DNA of 64,000 nt from an uncultured virus (IMG/VR IMGVR_UViG_3300020526_000001) (IMGVR_UViG_3300020526_000001), one strand, 5' to 3'. Shown: positions 10,478-20,497, counted from the stretch's first letter. Notes: generated by a model not told the origin, from the letters alone. Made by a program: numbers and translations.

Positions 10478-11192
10478 TTGTGAAGATGAATATATTTACG
10501 GCAGGTGTGAACGGATTAGTCCTGAAGCACCTGTTCCTGTAATGAATTTTTCTAGAATAGAAAAAAGAGCAGGAATGGCAGAAAATGTTTTTCATAATCT
10601 AAAATCATTTGGATTAACCGTTGGATTTTTAACAAATTCAGAAAAAATTATAAAAACAAGATTTATAGATGAAAAATCAAATCAACAGATACTTAGAGTT
10701 GATAAAGAGAATAAAATATCCCCTTTAAGTGAGAAAATAGATTTTAATTTTTTTGATGCTATTGTTATATCTGATTACAATAAAGGATTTTTGACTACAG
10801 ATAAATTATTTGAAATAGTTGAATCTACTGATATCCCCATTTTTATTGACAGTAAAAAAAATAATTTACCAAACAAAAATAATTGTTTTATTAAAATAAA
10901 TGATTTAGAATATGGCAATTTAAATAAAGAAGTTCAGTTAGATAACTTAATTATAACAAAAGGATCTATAGGATGTTTTTACAAAGATAAACTATATCCA
11001 GCAGAAAAAGTAAATGTCTATGATGTAGTTGGAGCAGGTGATACTTTTCTTTCTGCTCTTGTTTATGGGTATTTAAAATTTAACAGTATAGAAAATGCAA
11101 TAATATTAGCAAATAAAGCAGCAGCAATTGCAGTACAGCATCCAGGAACTTACGTTTTAACAACAGAAAATGCCAAAGATTTATGTAATTGA
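10428..11192 (+). CDS. Heptose-7-phosphate kinase (HldE/RfaE domain I, PfkB family)
   Basis: IGD...D.Y..G...RISPEAPVPV, ISDYNKG, DVVGAGDTF. Confidence 0.9.
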   Translation: MNTPQQKQFKVLLIGDSCEDEYIYGRCERISPEAPVPVMNFSRIEKRAGMAENVFHNLKSFGLTVGFLTNSEKIIKTRFIDEKSNQQILRVDKENKISPLSEKIDFNFFDAIVISDYNKGFLTTDKLFEIVESTDIPIFIDSKKNNLPNKNNCFIKINDLEYGNLNKEVQLDNLIITKGSIGCFYKDKLYPAEKVNVYDVVGAGDTFLSALVYGYLKFNSIENAIILANKAAAIAVQHPGTYVLTTENAKDLCN

Positions 11193-11505
11193 TATTGATG
11201 GTACAATATGTACTAATGGTGATTGTTCTTCATGCAAGTATGAAGGAAGTATTCCAAAATTAAATAGAATTAAAAAAATTAATGATCTATATGATCAAGG
11301 AAATATAATAAAATATTTTACTGCTCGTGGAATGGGTAGATATAATGATGATGCAGATAAATCAAAAGAAAAGTTTTATTCTTTAACAAAAATGCAATTA
11401 GATATTTGGGGATGTAAATATCATGAATTAATTTTAGGTAAACCTTCTGCAGATATATACATTGATGACAAGGCAATAAAAGATGATGAATTCTTCGGAG
11501 ATTAA
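11170..11505 (+). CDS. Small HAD-family phosphatase
   Basis: DIDGT, FTAR, GKP and YIDDKA (HAD motifs I-IV). Confidence 0.8.
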   Translation: MPKIYVIDIDGTICTNGDCSSCKYEGSIPKLNRIKKINDLYDQGNIIKYFTARGMGRYNDDADKSKEKFYSLTKMQLDIWGCKYHELILGKPSADIYIDDKAIKDDEFFGD

Positions 11506-11842
11506 ATTTGTACCAAAAGGATGGGGATTTGAAAAATGGATTGTAAATACTGAAGAGTATTGTGGGAAACTTCTTTATTTTGCTAAGGGAAAGAAATGTT
11601 CCTGGCATTATCATGAATTAAAAGATGAAACTTTTTACATCCAGTCTGGGAAAATTCTTTTAAGGTATAGTGATTCGGATCAAATAGAAACAGCAAAAGA
11701 AGTAGTATTAGAGAAGGGAGATAAGTATCATATTTATAGAGATCTTAGGCATCAAATGTTTGCTCTTGAAGACACAGAATTATTTGAATTTTCAACTCAA
11801 CATTTTGATTCGGACAGCATTAGATTAGTTAATGGTGATTAA
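11483..11842 (+). CDS. Cupin, sugar-phosphate isomerase-like (type II PMI-like)
   Basis: KGWG.E, SWHYH..KDETFY...G, H in the second cupin motif. Confidence 0.7.
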   Translation: MMNSSEIKFVPKGWGFEKWIVNTEEYCGKLLYFAKGKKCSWHYHELKDETFYIQSGKILLRYSDSDQIETAKEVVLEKGDKYHIYRDLRHQMFALEDTELFEFSTQHFDSDSIRLVNGD

Positions 11843-11845
11843 TTT

Positions 11846-12628
11846 ATGAAACAATTATATTTTTTAAGTGGAATGCAGAGATCTGGTTCCACACTACTCT
11901 CTTGTATTTTAAATCAAAATCCAAATATATTTTCATCAAAAACTAGTCCACTTTTGGACATTTTATCTTCTTGCGAAAAGACTCTTAATGAAGTTTATAA
12001 TCAATATACATTTGATTATAACCAAAAAAATAAAAATCTTATTTTGGGAATTTTAAATTCTTATCATGATGATGAAGAAAGTCCTATTATCATAGATAAG
12101 CATCGTGGTTGGGTAGGTTCAATAGATTTAATAGAAGAAATCTATACACCCAAAATAATATGCACTAATAGATCAGTACCAGAAGTAATTACATCCTTCA
12201 TTAAGTTAATTGAAAATAATAATTCATTAAATAATTCGATAGATAAAGCATTAAGAAATAGTGGATTTCCAATAAGTATAACAAATAGGGCAGATTACAT
12301 TTTTCACAATTTTGTAAATAATCCAAGACAAGCAATATTATCTTCTATTGATAAGTATAGAAATTATATTCATATGGTAGAATATAACGATATTATAAAT
12401 TACCCAAATGAAACTTTTTCTAAGATATATGAGTTTTTAGGTATAGAAAAATTTAAACACAACTTTAGTGATATAGAAAATACATGTAAAGAAGAAAAGG
12501 ATATTGCTTGGGGAATAGAAAATCTTCACGAAATTAGAAATAAACTACAAAAAACGAGTACCCCACCAGAGGAGATACTCGGAAAAGAATTGACAGAATA
12601 TTATCGTCAATTTGACATTAAGTATTGA
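11846..12628 (+). CDS. Sulfotransferase-family protein
   Basis: SGMQRSGSTLL, DKHRGW, VEY.D...P. Confidence 0.75.
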   Translation: MKQLYFLSGMQRSGSTLLSCILNQNPNIFSSKTSPLLDILSSCEKTLNEVYNQYTFDYNQKNKNLILGILNSYHDDEESPIIIDKHRGWVGSIDLIEEIYTPKIICTNRSVPEVITSFIKLIENNNSLNNSIDKALRNSGFPISITNRADYIFHNFVNNPRQAILSSIDKYRNYIHMVEYNDIINYPNETFSKIYEFLGIEKFKHNFSDIENTCKEEKDIAWGIENLHEIRNKLQKTSTPPEEILGKELTEYYRQFDIKY

Positions 12629-13404
12629 TTAACTGTTTTAAATTTATAACTGCCAGTCCATTTCATATCCGCACAAGTATAATCTTGATATTTACCTTTA
12701 AGATGTTCGGGGAAGTTGATATATTCAATTTCCCCTTTTTCTTTTTCAGCAACTAGTTCTGCAACTTTTTGAAAACTTATCGGACTTCCTGTTCCTAAAT
12801 CATAAATTCCAGATGGTTGATCATTATTTAAAACAATGTCAATAATATCATCAACACAAATAAAATCTCTTAAAAACTTGTCTGATCCTTTGAATAATTT
12901 TAGTTTTCCTGTTTCTTTGATTTGTTTGGTGAATTTGCTTATTGGACTTGCCTGGTCTCTTTTATGATCTTCCCCTTCACCATAAACATTAAAATATCTA
13001 AAACCTTGAATACTTGAAAATTTATCTAAATTATCTTGAACAAAATAATCTATTTGCAGTTTTGTAATTGCATAATAATTTAATGGATTGATTACCTTTA
13101 AGTCCTTTGTTTGATTTCCATATACTGATGCTGAAGATGCATACTTTACTGGAATTCCATACTTAATTGCTTTTTCAAATAGAAATAAAGTAAATGCCAC
13201 ATTAGAGTGATGTAGAGTTGTTATATTTTTTTCAGTAGTACTAGAAATTGCTCCTTGATGGAGTATTAATGATACTTCATTCCATCTATCAAAGTTACTA
13301 ATAAAACTATATGCATCATCCTTTTCGACTTCTATTATTGGATCATTTATTTTCTTTAGAAAATTTTTACCAATAAATCCTTGACTTCCTGTTAATATTA
13401 TCAT
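12607..13404 (-). CDS. hldD: ADP-L-glycero-D-manno-heptose 6-epimerase
   Basis: TGSQGFIG, HQGAISSTTE, YASSASVYG, PLNYYAITK (YxxxK), RYFNVYG, RDFI, YQ.YTCAD. Confidence 0.85.
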   Translation of the reverse strand: MIILTGSQGFIGKNFLKKINDPIIEVEKDDAYSFISNFDRWNEVSLILHQGAISSTTEKNITTLHHSNVAFTLFLFEKAIKYGIPVKYASSASVYGNQTKDLKVINPLNYYAITKLQIDYFVQDNLDKFSSIQGFRYFNVYGEGEDHKRDQASPISKFTKQIKETGKLKLFKGSDKFLRDFICVDDIIDIVLNNDQPSGIYDLGTGSPISFQKVAELVAEKEKGEIEYINFPEHLKGKYQDYTCADMKWTGSYKFKTVNQYLMSN

Positions 13405-13421
13405 AATTTTGTTTATTTTGT

Positions 13422-13450
13422 ATTATATCATTTTTTTGGTTTTTAGTATA
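13422..13450 (-). promoter_or_regulatory. sigma70-type promoter (extended -10) for hldD
   Basis: The minus strand reads TATACT-17bp-TATAAT with TG upstream of the -10. Confidence 0.45.
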
Positions 13451-13452
13451 CT

Positions 13453-13460
13453 TATAAATA
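13453..13460 (+). promoter_or_regulatory. Late promoter TATAAATA
   Basis: Exact consensus upstream of g13. Confidence 0.75.
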
Positions 13461-13486
13461 TTTTTATATAGTAGTAGTCTTTATAA

Positions 13487-14302
13487 ATGGCACAACCATC
13501 TTCTAGGGCAGAGTTGAAAGAATACTGCCTCAAGCAACTAGGAAAGCCAGTTTTAGAAATCAATGTAGATGATGATCAGATTGATAATCTGATGGATGAT
13601 GCTATTCAATATTTCCACGAAAGGCACTTTGATGGGATCGAAAGAGTATTTTTAAAGCATCAATTACAACCAGGAGAAAAAGATATATTAAGATCTGGGA
13701 AGGATATAACTACTGCTTCTTCCTCAGTTGGTATTTCTACAGTATCTTGGGAAGAATCAATCAATTTCCTAAAATTGCCCGATACTGTTATTGGTGTTAA
13801 TAGTGTATTTAAAGTCGATTCTAGCACTATTTCTAGTGGTCTTTTTAATATCAAATACCAAATCTTTTTGAATGATTTATATTATTATGGTGCATTAGAT
13901 CTTTTAAATTATGCAATGGTAAAAACTCATTTGGAGGATATTAGTAGAATCTTAACTCCAGATGTTCAATTAAGATTTAATAAAAAACAGCACAGATTAT
14001 ATTTAGATATTGATTGGAAACAAGTCGATCCAGATACTTATATAGTTTTAGATTGCTATAGAATTGTAGATCCTGCAGACTTCCCAAAAATCTATAATGA
14101 TTTTTGGTTAAAGAGATACCTAACTGCACTTATTAAAAGACAGTGGGGACAGAATATGATTAAATTTAATGGAGTTCAACTTCCTGGTGGCATAACATTG
14201 AATGGTAGGCAATTATATGAAGATGCAATACGAGAATTGGAAGATATAGAACAAAAACTCAAGTCAGAGTATGAAATGCCACCTTTAGATCTGATAGGTT
14301 AA
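13487..14302 (+). CDS. g13: Neck protein gp13
   Basis: LKEYCL..LG.PV..INV...Q; WGQN..KF.G.QLPGG.TLNG. Confidence 0.92.
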   Translation: MAQPSSRAELKEYCLKQLGKPVLEINVDDDQIDNLMDDAIQYFHERHFDGIERVFLKHQLQPGEKDILRSGKDITTASSSVGISTVSWEESINFLKLPDTVIGVNSVFKVDSSTISSGLFNIKYQIFLNDLYYYGALDLLNYAMVKTHLEDISRILTPDVQLRFNKKQHRLYLDIDWKQVDPDTYIVLDCYRIVDPADFPKIYNDFWLKRYLTALIKRQWGQNMIKFNGVQLPGGITLNGRQLYEDAIRELEDIEQKLKSEYEMPPLDLIG

Positions 14303-14303
14303 T

Positions 14304-15704
14304 ATGTCCCCACTAAATCCATATTTTTTACAAGGATCTCCAAGCGAGCAAAGACTCGTTCAGGATTTAATTAATGAGCAGCTGTCCATTTATGGGCAAG
14401 ATGTTCTTTATATGCCAAGAAAGATTATTAATGAAAAAAAGATAATCAAAGAAATTATTGTTTCTAAGTTTGATGATAGTTTTAGATTAGAAGCTTACAT
14501 TTCAACCTTTAATGGATTTGGTGGAAACGGTGATATTCTATCCAAGTTTGGAGTAAGAAGCACGGATGAGATTACTTTTATTATCTCAAAAGAAAGATAT
14601 GAAGATTTCATTACTCCCAAATTGGGTTTATTTAGAGATCCAAATGTTAAATTGAAAAATAGACCAGAAGAGGGAGATTTAATTTATCTTCCTCTAGATA
14701 ATGCATTGTTTGAAATAAAATATGTAGAGTTAAAAACACCATTCTATCAATTAAATAACTTGTATACTTATGAATTGAGATGTGAACTCTTTGAATATGA
14801 GGATGAAATTATTGATACTGGTATTGATGATGTTGATGAAAATGTGAAAGATTTTGGTTATATTGCAACAATACAAATGGTTGGTGCTGCTGCATCTACT
14901 GCAGTATTGAGGACTGTTCTTGCTTCTTCTTTAGCACAAGGAGTTCCAGAAAATTCAATTAATTCTATTGATATTTTAAATGGTGGCAGTGGATACAAAT
15001 CACCACCTATAATAGATATTGATAGTCCTGTTGGTGGTGGTATCACTGCGACTGCAGTTGCGATATTAGATCGTGGTTCTATAAGTAGGATTTTAGTAAC
15101 GAATCCCGGTATAGGATATACCATTCCACCAAGAGTTAGAATAAAATCAAATTCCTCTAGTGGTTCTGGTGGTATAGCAACTGCAATAATAACACCTGGA
15201 TCATTGGGACCAATACAAATAGTATCTGGTGGAGTTGGATATTCAACTGCTCCTATTGTAACAATTGCTCCTCCAAATATATTCAATTACCCCCAATCTT
15301 ATGTAGCAAAAGCAGAAGTAATTGTAAATTCATCTGGATCTATTTCTTCAGTAAGATTCTCCAACTCAGGTATTGGATATGGAATAACTCCTTCAATACA
15401 AATAACTTCTCCTATTGGAATTTCAACCGGAGATTATGAGTTTAATGAAGTTGTAAGGGGAGTTTCCACGGGAACAAGTGCCTATGTAAAAGATTGGAAT
15501 TATGATTCAAGAATACTGAAAGTATCAATAATTAATGGAAGTTTTGCATTAGGAGAAACTATAGTTGGAGCAGCAGCAAGTTATAAAGTTCTTTCCATAG
15601 ACACTGACAATATCTATGATAATTTTGCAGAGAATAAAACAATTCAAGAAGAAGCAAATACAATCATAGATTTTACAGAAAGTAATCCTTTTGGCACTTT
15701 CTAA
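14304..15704 (+). CDS. g14: Neck protein gp14 with repeat insertion
   Basis: EQRLVQDLINE, LSKFG, P.EGDLIY.P, C-terminal DFTESNPFG; internal GGSGY/NPGIGY repeats. Confidence 0.88.
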   Translation: MSPLNPYFLQGSPSEQRLVQDLINEQLSIYGQDVLYMPRKIINEKKIIKEIIVSKFDDSFRLEAYISTFNGFGGNGDILSKFGVRSTDEITFIISKERYEDFITPKLGLFRDPNVKLKNRPEEGDLIYLPLDNALFEIKYVELKTPFYQLNNLYTYELRCELFEYEDEIIDTGIDDVDENVKDFGYIATIQMVGAAASTAVLRTVLASSLAQGVPENSINSIDILNGGSGYKSPPIIDIDSPVGGGITATAVAILDRGSISRILVTNPGIGYTIPPRVRIKSNSSSGSGGIATAIITPGSLGPIQIVSGGVGYSTAPIVTIAPPNIFNYPQSYVAKAEVIVNSSGSISSVRFSNSGIGYGITPSIQITSPIGISTGDYEFNEVVRGVSTGTSAYVKDWNYDSRILKVSIINGSFALGETIVGAAASYKVLSIDTDNIYDNFAENKTIQEEANTIIDFTESNPFGTF

Positions 15705-15727
15705 ATAGTAAATAAACGTTACGTAAA

Positions 15728-16774
15728 ATGCTTGGAACTTATTATTATCACGAAATTATTAGAAGGACTATAATATCTTTTGGTACGCTTTTTAATAATA
15801 TTCAAATAAAACATGAAAATGAAAATGGTGATGATATTAGTTTAATTAAAGTCCCCATTGCATATGGGCCCGTACAAAAGTTTCTAGCAAGACTTGATGA
15901 AAAACCAGACCTAAGAAAAAGGGTTGCAATTACATTGCCAAGAATGTCATTTGAAATGACAACAATACAATATGATCCGACTAGAAAAGTTTCAACAGTA
16001 CAAACGTTTCAGGCAAATAGATCGGGAGTTGGTCCAGTAAAAGTTTACATGCCAGCACCTTATAATATTGGGATTCAACTTAGTATTATAACCAAATATC
16101 AAGATGATATGCTTCAGATCATCGAACAAATTCTTCCATTTTTTCAACCACACTTTAATTTAAGTATAGACTTAATAAATTCAATTGGAGAAAAAAGGGA
16201 TATACCAATAGTTTTGGATAATATTTCAATGAGTGATGATTATGAGGGTGATTTTTCAACAAGGAGAAGTTTGGTATATACTTTAAATTTTACAGCAAAA
16301 ACATCTTTATTTGGACCAATATCAGATTCTTCAGACAATTTAATTAAAAAAGTTCAAGTTGATTACTACACAAATACAGAAACAAAAAATGCATCAAGAC
16401 AGCTAAGATATGCTGTGGAACCACGAGCACTTAAAGATTATGATAATGATAATACAGCAACATTGGCACAAGAAGTGAATGATATAATTACTCAATTTAA
16501 TATTTCGGATGCATCGGCATTGGAACAAGAAACTTATATTATGATAAATGAAGAATCAATGTATATTAAAAATATTGATGGAAATAAATTAACAGTTTTG
16601 AGAGGACAGAATAATACGACTCCTGCAATACATGAAGAAGGTGATGCAATAAATGTCATTAATAGTATGGACAATCAATTAATTGAGTATGGTGATGATT
16701 TTGGTTTTGATGAAGAAAGATTTGATTTTGGTGACGGAAGAGTTTATAGTCCAAGAAAAGGTGCTGATGTATGA
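15728..16774 (+). CDS. g15: Tail sheath stabiliser/completion protein gp15
   Basis: YYHEIIRR...FGTLFN, LPRMSFE, EQILPFFQP. Confidence 0.9.
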   Translation: MLGTYYYHEIIRRTIISFGTLFNNIQIKHENENGDDISLIKVPIAYGPVQKFLARLDEKPDLRKRVAITLPRMSFEMTTIQYDPTRKVSTVQTFQANRSGVGPVKVYMPAPYNIGIQLSIITKYQDDMLQIIEQILPFFQPHFNLSIDLINSIGEKRDIPIVLDNISMSDDYEGDFSTRRSLVYTLNFTAKTSLFGPISDSSDNLIKKVQVDYYTNTETKNASRQLRYAVEPRALKDYDNDNTATLAQEVNDIITQFNISDASALEQETYIMINEESMYIKNIDGNKLTVLRGQNNTTPAIHEEGDAINVINSMDNQLIEYGDDFGFDEERFDFGDGRVYSPRKGADV

Positions 16775-17211
16775 AAAATGATTTTGATGCAATAAATGAT
16801 TCTTTAGATATCGAAGCATCTTCGGTAGAGAGGGAAATTGTCTCAGAAACATCTAAGATAATTAAGTCACCCAAAAAAGGAGATGCTGAAAGTGATTATG
16901 ATTATGATTATACCAGAGGTCAATTATATTCACTCATAGAAAAAGGACAAGAAGCAATTGATGGTATTCTTGAAATAGCACAACAATCAGATTCTCCTAG
17001 AGCATTTGAAGTTGCAGGTCAGTTAATTAAGAACGTTGCGGATACAACAGATAAGTTATTAGACCTTCAACAAAAAATGAAGAAGTTAAAAGAAGAAGAC
17101 CCATCAGCACCAAAAAGTATTACCAATAATAATACGTTATTCGTTGGTTCTACAGCAGAACTTCAAAAATTATTGAAGCAAAATATGACACCAGCAGAAG
17201 ATTCTAAATAA
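16771..17211 (+). CDS. g16: Terminase small subunit gp16
   Basis: DY.Y.R, SPRAFEVAGQL, FVGSTAELQK. Confidence 0.9.
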   Translation: MKNDFDAINDSLDIEASSVEREIVSETSKIIKSPKKGDAESDYDYDYTRGQLYSLIEKGQEAIDGILEIAQQSDSPRAFEVAGQLIKNVADTTDKLLDLQQKMKKLKEEDPSAPKSITNNNTLFVGSTAELQKLLKQNMTPAEDSK

Positions 17212-17235
17212 TAATTAGAGAACTTATTCTTAAGA

Positions 17236-18408
17236 ATGAAAACTTTTTCACAATTTCTTCTAGAAGCAACTGACCCAAAGGGACCTATCAAAAAGTATAT
17301 GTCCCCAGAGGAGATTGCGAAGAAGCATAAAATATCTCTTGATACTCTAGAACCAGAATTAAAAAAAGGAATTAAAATAGAGAGTGAGCATACTGGTGAT
17401 AAGAGAATGGCAAGAATGATTGCCCTTCAGCATCTGGAGGAACTTCCAGACTATTATACAAGATTGAAAAAGGCAGAAAAGGTCAATGAATCGAAAAGTG
17501 GTGATAGTTCTCTGCGTGACTGGTTTACTAAGAGTCGTGCTTCTGATGGCACCCCTGGTTGGGTTCAACTGGGTGGTAAATATGCGGGAAAACCCTGTGC
17601 CAAGCAACCAGGGCAAACCACAAAACCAAAGTGTGGTTCCAGCAAAATGAAGGCAGCACTCTCCGATAAGGAAGAGGAGAGTGCATTTCGTCGCAAGAAT
17701 CGTCAAGACCCCAATCCAGACAGGGAAGGTGCAGCAAAGATGGTTGCAACAGAGGAGAAGGATGCTTGCTATTCAAAGGTAAAATCTCGTTATAAGGTTT
17801 GGCCTTCTGCATATGCTTCTGGTGCCCTAGTTAAATGCCGTAAAGTTGGTGCAAAAAATTGGGGGACTAAATCGGAAAGTACAGATTTTCTTGCTTATGA
17901 TTGGGATTTTCCAATGCATAAAGTTAGTCAAAGATATTGTCCAAAATGCCAAAAAACAGAATCCATTGGGGAATGCAAGTATGGTCCTAAGTTTTGGTTA
18001 TTGTATTCTTCCCCAATTGAACCATCGGATGAAATGAAAGATGATATTTCCAGACTTTACACTAAAAAAGAAAGTTATGATTATTCAAACTGGAGAGAAG
18101 AATTCAAAGCAACTGAATATGAATTCACCGATTTAATTAAACCCGAACCAATTAAATCAAGCACAGTAAGAGAAAACTATACTAGGATACAATCTCGTGG
18201 CACGACTTACAGTATCCTGCTAAACTGGAGAGGTAAGAACCTGGGAGTTCAAATGTTCTTCCCACAATTTACAAGACCTTCTAAGGAACAGGTAACTTTC
18301 GAAGTATCTAAGATATATCCAGGTGCTATTGTATTATCTTTCAATCCATCAATAAAGGACCCAACAAAACCTTTATTATTTACTGGAGACATAAATGGAC
18401 CCAAATAA
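17236..18408 (+). CDS. Modular hypothetical protein, putative head-internal protein
   Basis: N-terminus MKTFSQFLLE resembles the T4 capsid-targeting sequence. Contains several small modules, including EH...A..HL.E.PDYYTRL. Confidence 0.55.
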   Translation: MKTFSQFLLEATDPKGPIKKYMSPEEIAKKHKISLDTLEPELKKGIKIESEHTGDKRMARMIALQHLEELPDYYTRLKKAEKVNESKSGDSSLRDWFTKSRASDGTPGWVQLGGKYAGKPCAKQPGQTTKPKCGSSKMKAALSDKEEESAFRRKNRQDPNPDREGAAKMVATEEKDACYSKVKSRYKVWPSAYASGALVKCRKVGAKNWGTKSESTDFLAYDWDFPMHKVSQRYCPKCQKTESIGECKYGPKFWLLYSSPIEPSDEMKDDISRLYTKKESYDYSNWREEFKATEYEFTDLIKPEPIKSSTVRENYTRIQSRGTTYSILLNWRGKNLGVQMFFPQFTRPSKEQVTFEVSKIYPGAIVLSFNPSIKDPTKPLLFTGDINGPK

Positions 18409-18574
18409 AATTGTTCTTGAGAATTTAACCAAAAACTTTGAGTATGAAAGAATTGCAAGAGAAATTGATGCGTGTGATAATGTAGATGACCTTAAAAATA
18501 TCGCAAAATCTTACGTAAAACTTCACTTAAAATATCAAGAAACATTAGCAAGTTTGAATTTTAATAATTTATGA
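18395..18574 (+). CDS. 59-aa helical protein, possibly NblA-like (missing from ORF track)
   Basis: GGAG RBS; MDPNKIVLENLTKNFEYERIAREIDACDNVDDLKNIAKSYVKLHLKYQETLASLNFNNL; stop overlaps the g17 start (ATGA). Confidence 0.55.
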   Translation: MDPNKIVLENLTKNFEYERIAREIDACDNVDDLKNIAKSYVKLHLKYQETLASLNFNNL

Positions 18575-20223
18575 CGGAAAAACATTATAAGGGCAATCCA
18601 AACCTCAAGGCAGAGAATGTCCAGATTGAATTTTCAACTGACCAAATTCAAGAATATTTAAGATGCAAAGAAGACCCAGTTTACTTTGCAATGAACTATG
18701 TCAAGATTGTTTCTCTTGATGAAGGTTTGATTCCCTTTGAAATGTATGATTTCCAGAAGGAACTTATTTCAAACTTCCACAATAATCGATTTAATATTGC
18801 AAAACTACCTCGTCAGACTGGTAAATCTACGACAGTAGTTTCTTATTTGCTTCACTATGCTTTGTTTAATGACAATATAAGAATTGCAATTCTTGCAAAC
18901 AAAGCAGAGACTGCAAGAGAACTTTTAGGAAGATTGCAACTATCATATGAAAACTTACCCAAATGGTTGCAGCAAGGTGTTGGTTCTTGGAATAAAGGTT
19001 CACTTGAACTTGAGAATGGTAGCAAAATTGTAGCAGCATCTACCTCATCATCTGCTGTTCGAGGAAACTCATTCAACATCATCTTCCTGGACGAATTTGC
19101 ATTCATTCCAAATCACATTGCAGAACAGTTCTTTAGTTCTGTATATCCTACCATTTCTTCTGGTAAATCAACCAAAGTTATTATCATTTCAACCCCTAAC
19201 GGGATGAATATGTTTTATAAACTCTGGCACGATGCTGAGAGGGGTAGAAATGGATATATTCCACTGGAAGTTCACTGGAGTGCTGTTCCTGGTAGAGATG
19301 CTGCTTGGAAAGAAGAGACTATCAGGAACACTTCCGAACGTCAGTTTACCCAAGAATTTGAGTGCGAATTCCTGGGTTCGGTTGATACTTTGATTACACC
19401 ATCAAAACTTCGTTCAATGGTCTATGAAGACCCATTAACTTCAAATAAAGGTCTTGATGTTTACGAGCATCCAGAGAAAGACCATACTTATATGATGACA
19501 GTTGACGTTGCTAGAGGAACAGGAAAAGATTATTCTGCTTTTGTTGTTGTTGATATTACTTCTTTTCCATATAAACTAGTAGCAAAATACAGGGACAATG
19601 ACATAAAACCAATTCTATTTCCTTCTATTATTGATAAAGTAGGAAGAGCATACAACTATTCTTATGTTCTTGTTGAAGTGAATGATATTGGTGAACAAGT
19701 TTCCAATATGCTCCATTTTGATTTGGAATATAGCAATCTTTTGATGTGTGCGATGAGAGGTCGTGCAGGTCAATTAGTGGGTCAGGGGTTCTCTGGAAAG
19801 AAATCTCAACTTGGAGTGAAGATGTCTAAAAATGTCAAAAAGGTTGGATGCTCGAACCTTAAGACTATAGTAGAAGATGATAAGGTAATAATTAAAGATT
19901 ATGATGTTATCAGTGAATTGACCACATTTATCCAACGCAATCAATCATTCGAGGCAGAAGATGGTTGCAATGACGACCTTGCAATGTGCCTGGTTATTTT
20001 CTCTTGGTTAATCGTTCAACCTTATTTTAAGGAAATGACCGATAATGATATTCGTAAGAGAATTTATGATGAGCAGAAAAATCAAATTGAGCAGGATATG
20101 TCCCCATTTGGTTTTATATCTGATGGATTAACAGAAATGGAAACTAGTTTTGTAGATAAAGATGGAGATAGATGGCATCTTGATGAATATGGAGATATGG
20201 CATATATGTGGGATTATAGATAG
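18571..20223 (+). CDS. g17: Terminase large subunit gp17
   Basis: PRQTGKST Walker A, IIFLDEFAF Walker B, STPNG, DDL.M. Confidence 0.97.
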   Translation: MTEKHYKGNPNLKAENVQIEFSTDQIQEYLRCKEDPVYFAMNYVKIVSLDEGLIPFEMYDFQKELISNFHNNRFNIAKLPRQTGKSTTVVSYLLHYALFNDNIRIAILANKAETARELLGRLQLSYENLPKWLQQGVGSWNKGSLELENGSKIVAASTSSSAVRGNSFNIIFLDEFAFIPNHIAEQFFSSVYPTISSGKSTKVIIISTPNGMNMFYKLWHDAERGRNGYIPLEVHWSAVPGRDAAWKEETIRNTSERQFTQEFECEFLGSVDTLITPSKLRSMVYEDPLTSNKGLDVYEHPEKDHTYMMTVDVARGTGKDYSAFVVVDITSFPYKLVAKYRDNDIKPILFPSIIDKVGRAYNYSYVLVEVNDIGEQVSNMLHFDLEYSNLLMCAMRGRAGQLVGQGFSGKKSQLGVKMSKNVKKVGCSNLKTIVEDDKVIIKDYDVISELTTFIQRNQSFEAEDGCNDDLAMCLVIFSWLIVQPYFKEMTDNDIRKRIYDEQKNQIEQDMSPFGFISDGLTEMETSFVDKDGDRWHLDEYGDMAYMWDYR

Positions 20224-20457
20224 ATGGATTTAGAAGAGCAATTTGAAAGAGAATATCTATTTTTAACTGAAAGAACTTGCAGGATCTGTAAAGAAACTAA
20301 AGATTTAATTGATGGGTTTTACTTGACTCGTAAAGGTAGAGGACGAGTTCCTTCTGCATATTCTTATGAATGTAAAGAATGCACTATAAAAAGAATTACA
20401 GAAAATAGAAAAATATCCTCAAAAATAGCAAGTAAGTGGGAATATCCTGACTGGTAA
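20224..20457 (+). CDS. Small zinc-finger protein
   Basis: CRIC...CKEC; ends in WEYPDW. Confidence 0.6.
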   Translation: MDLEEQFEREYLFLTERTCRICKETKDLIDGFYLTRKGRGRVPSAYSYECKECTIKRITENRKISSKIASKWEYPDW

Positions 20458-20497
20458 ATTGTTCATTGGTGATTTCCCCAACTTAAAGAGTGCAAAT

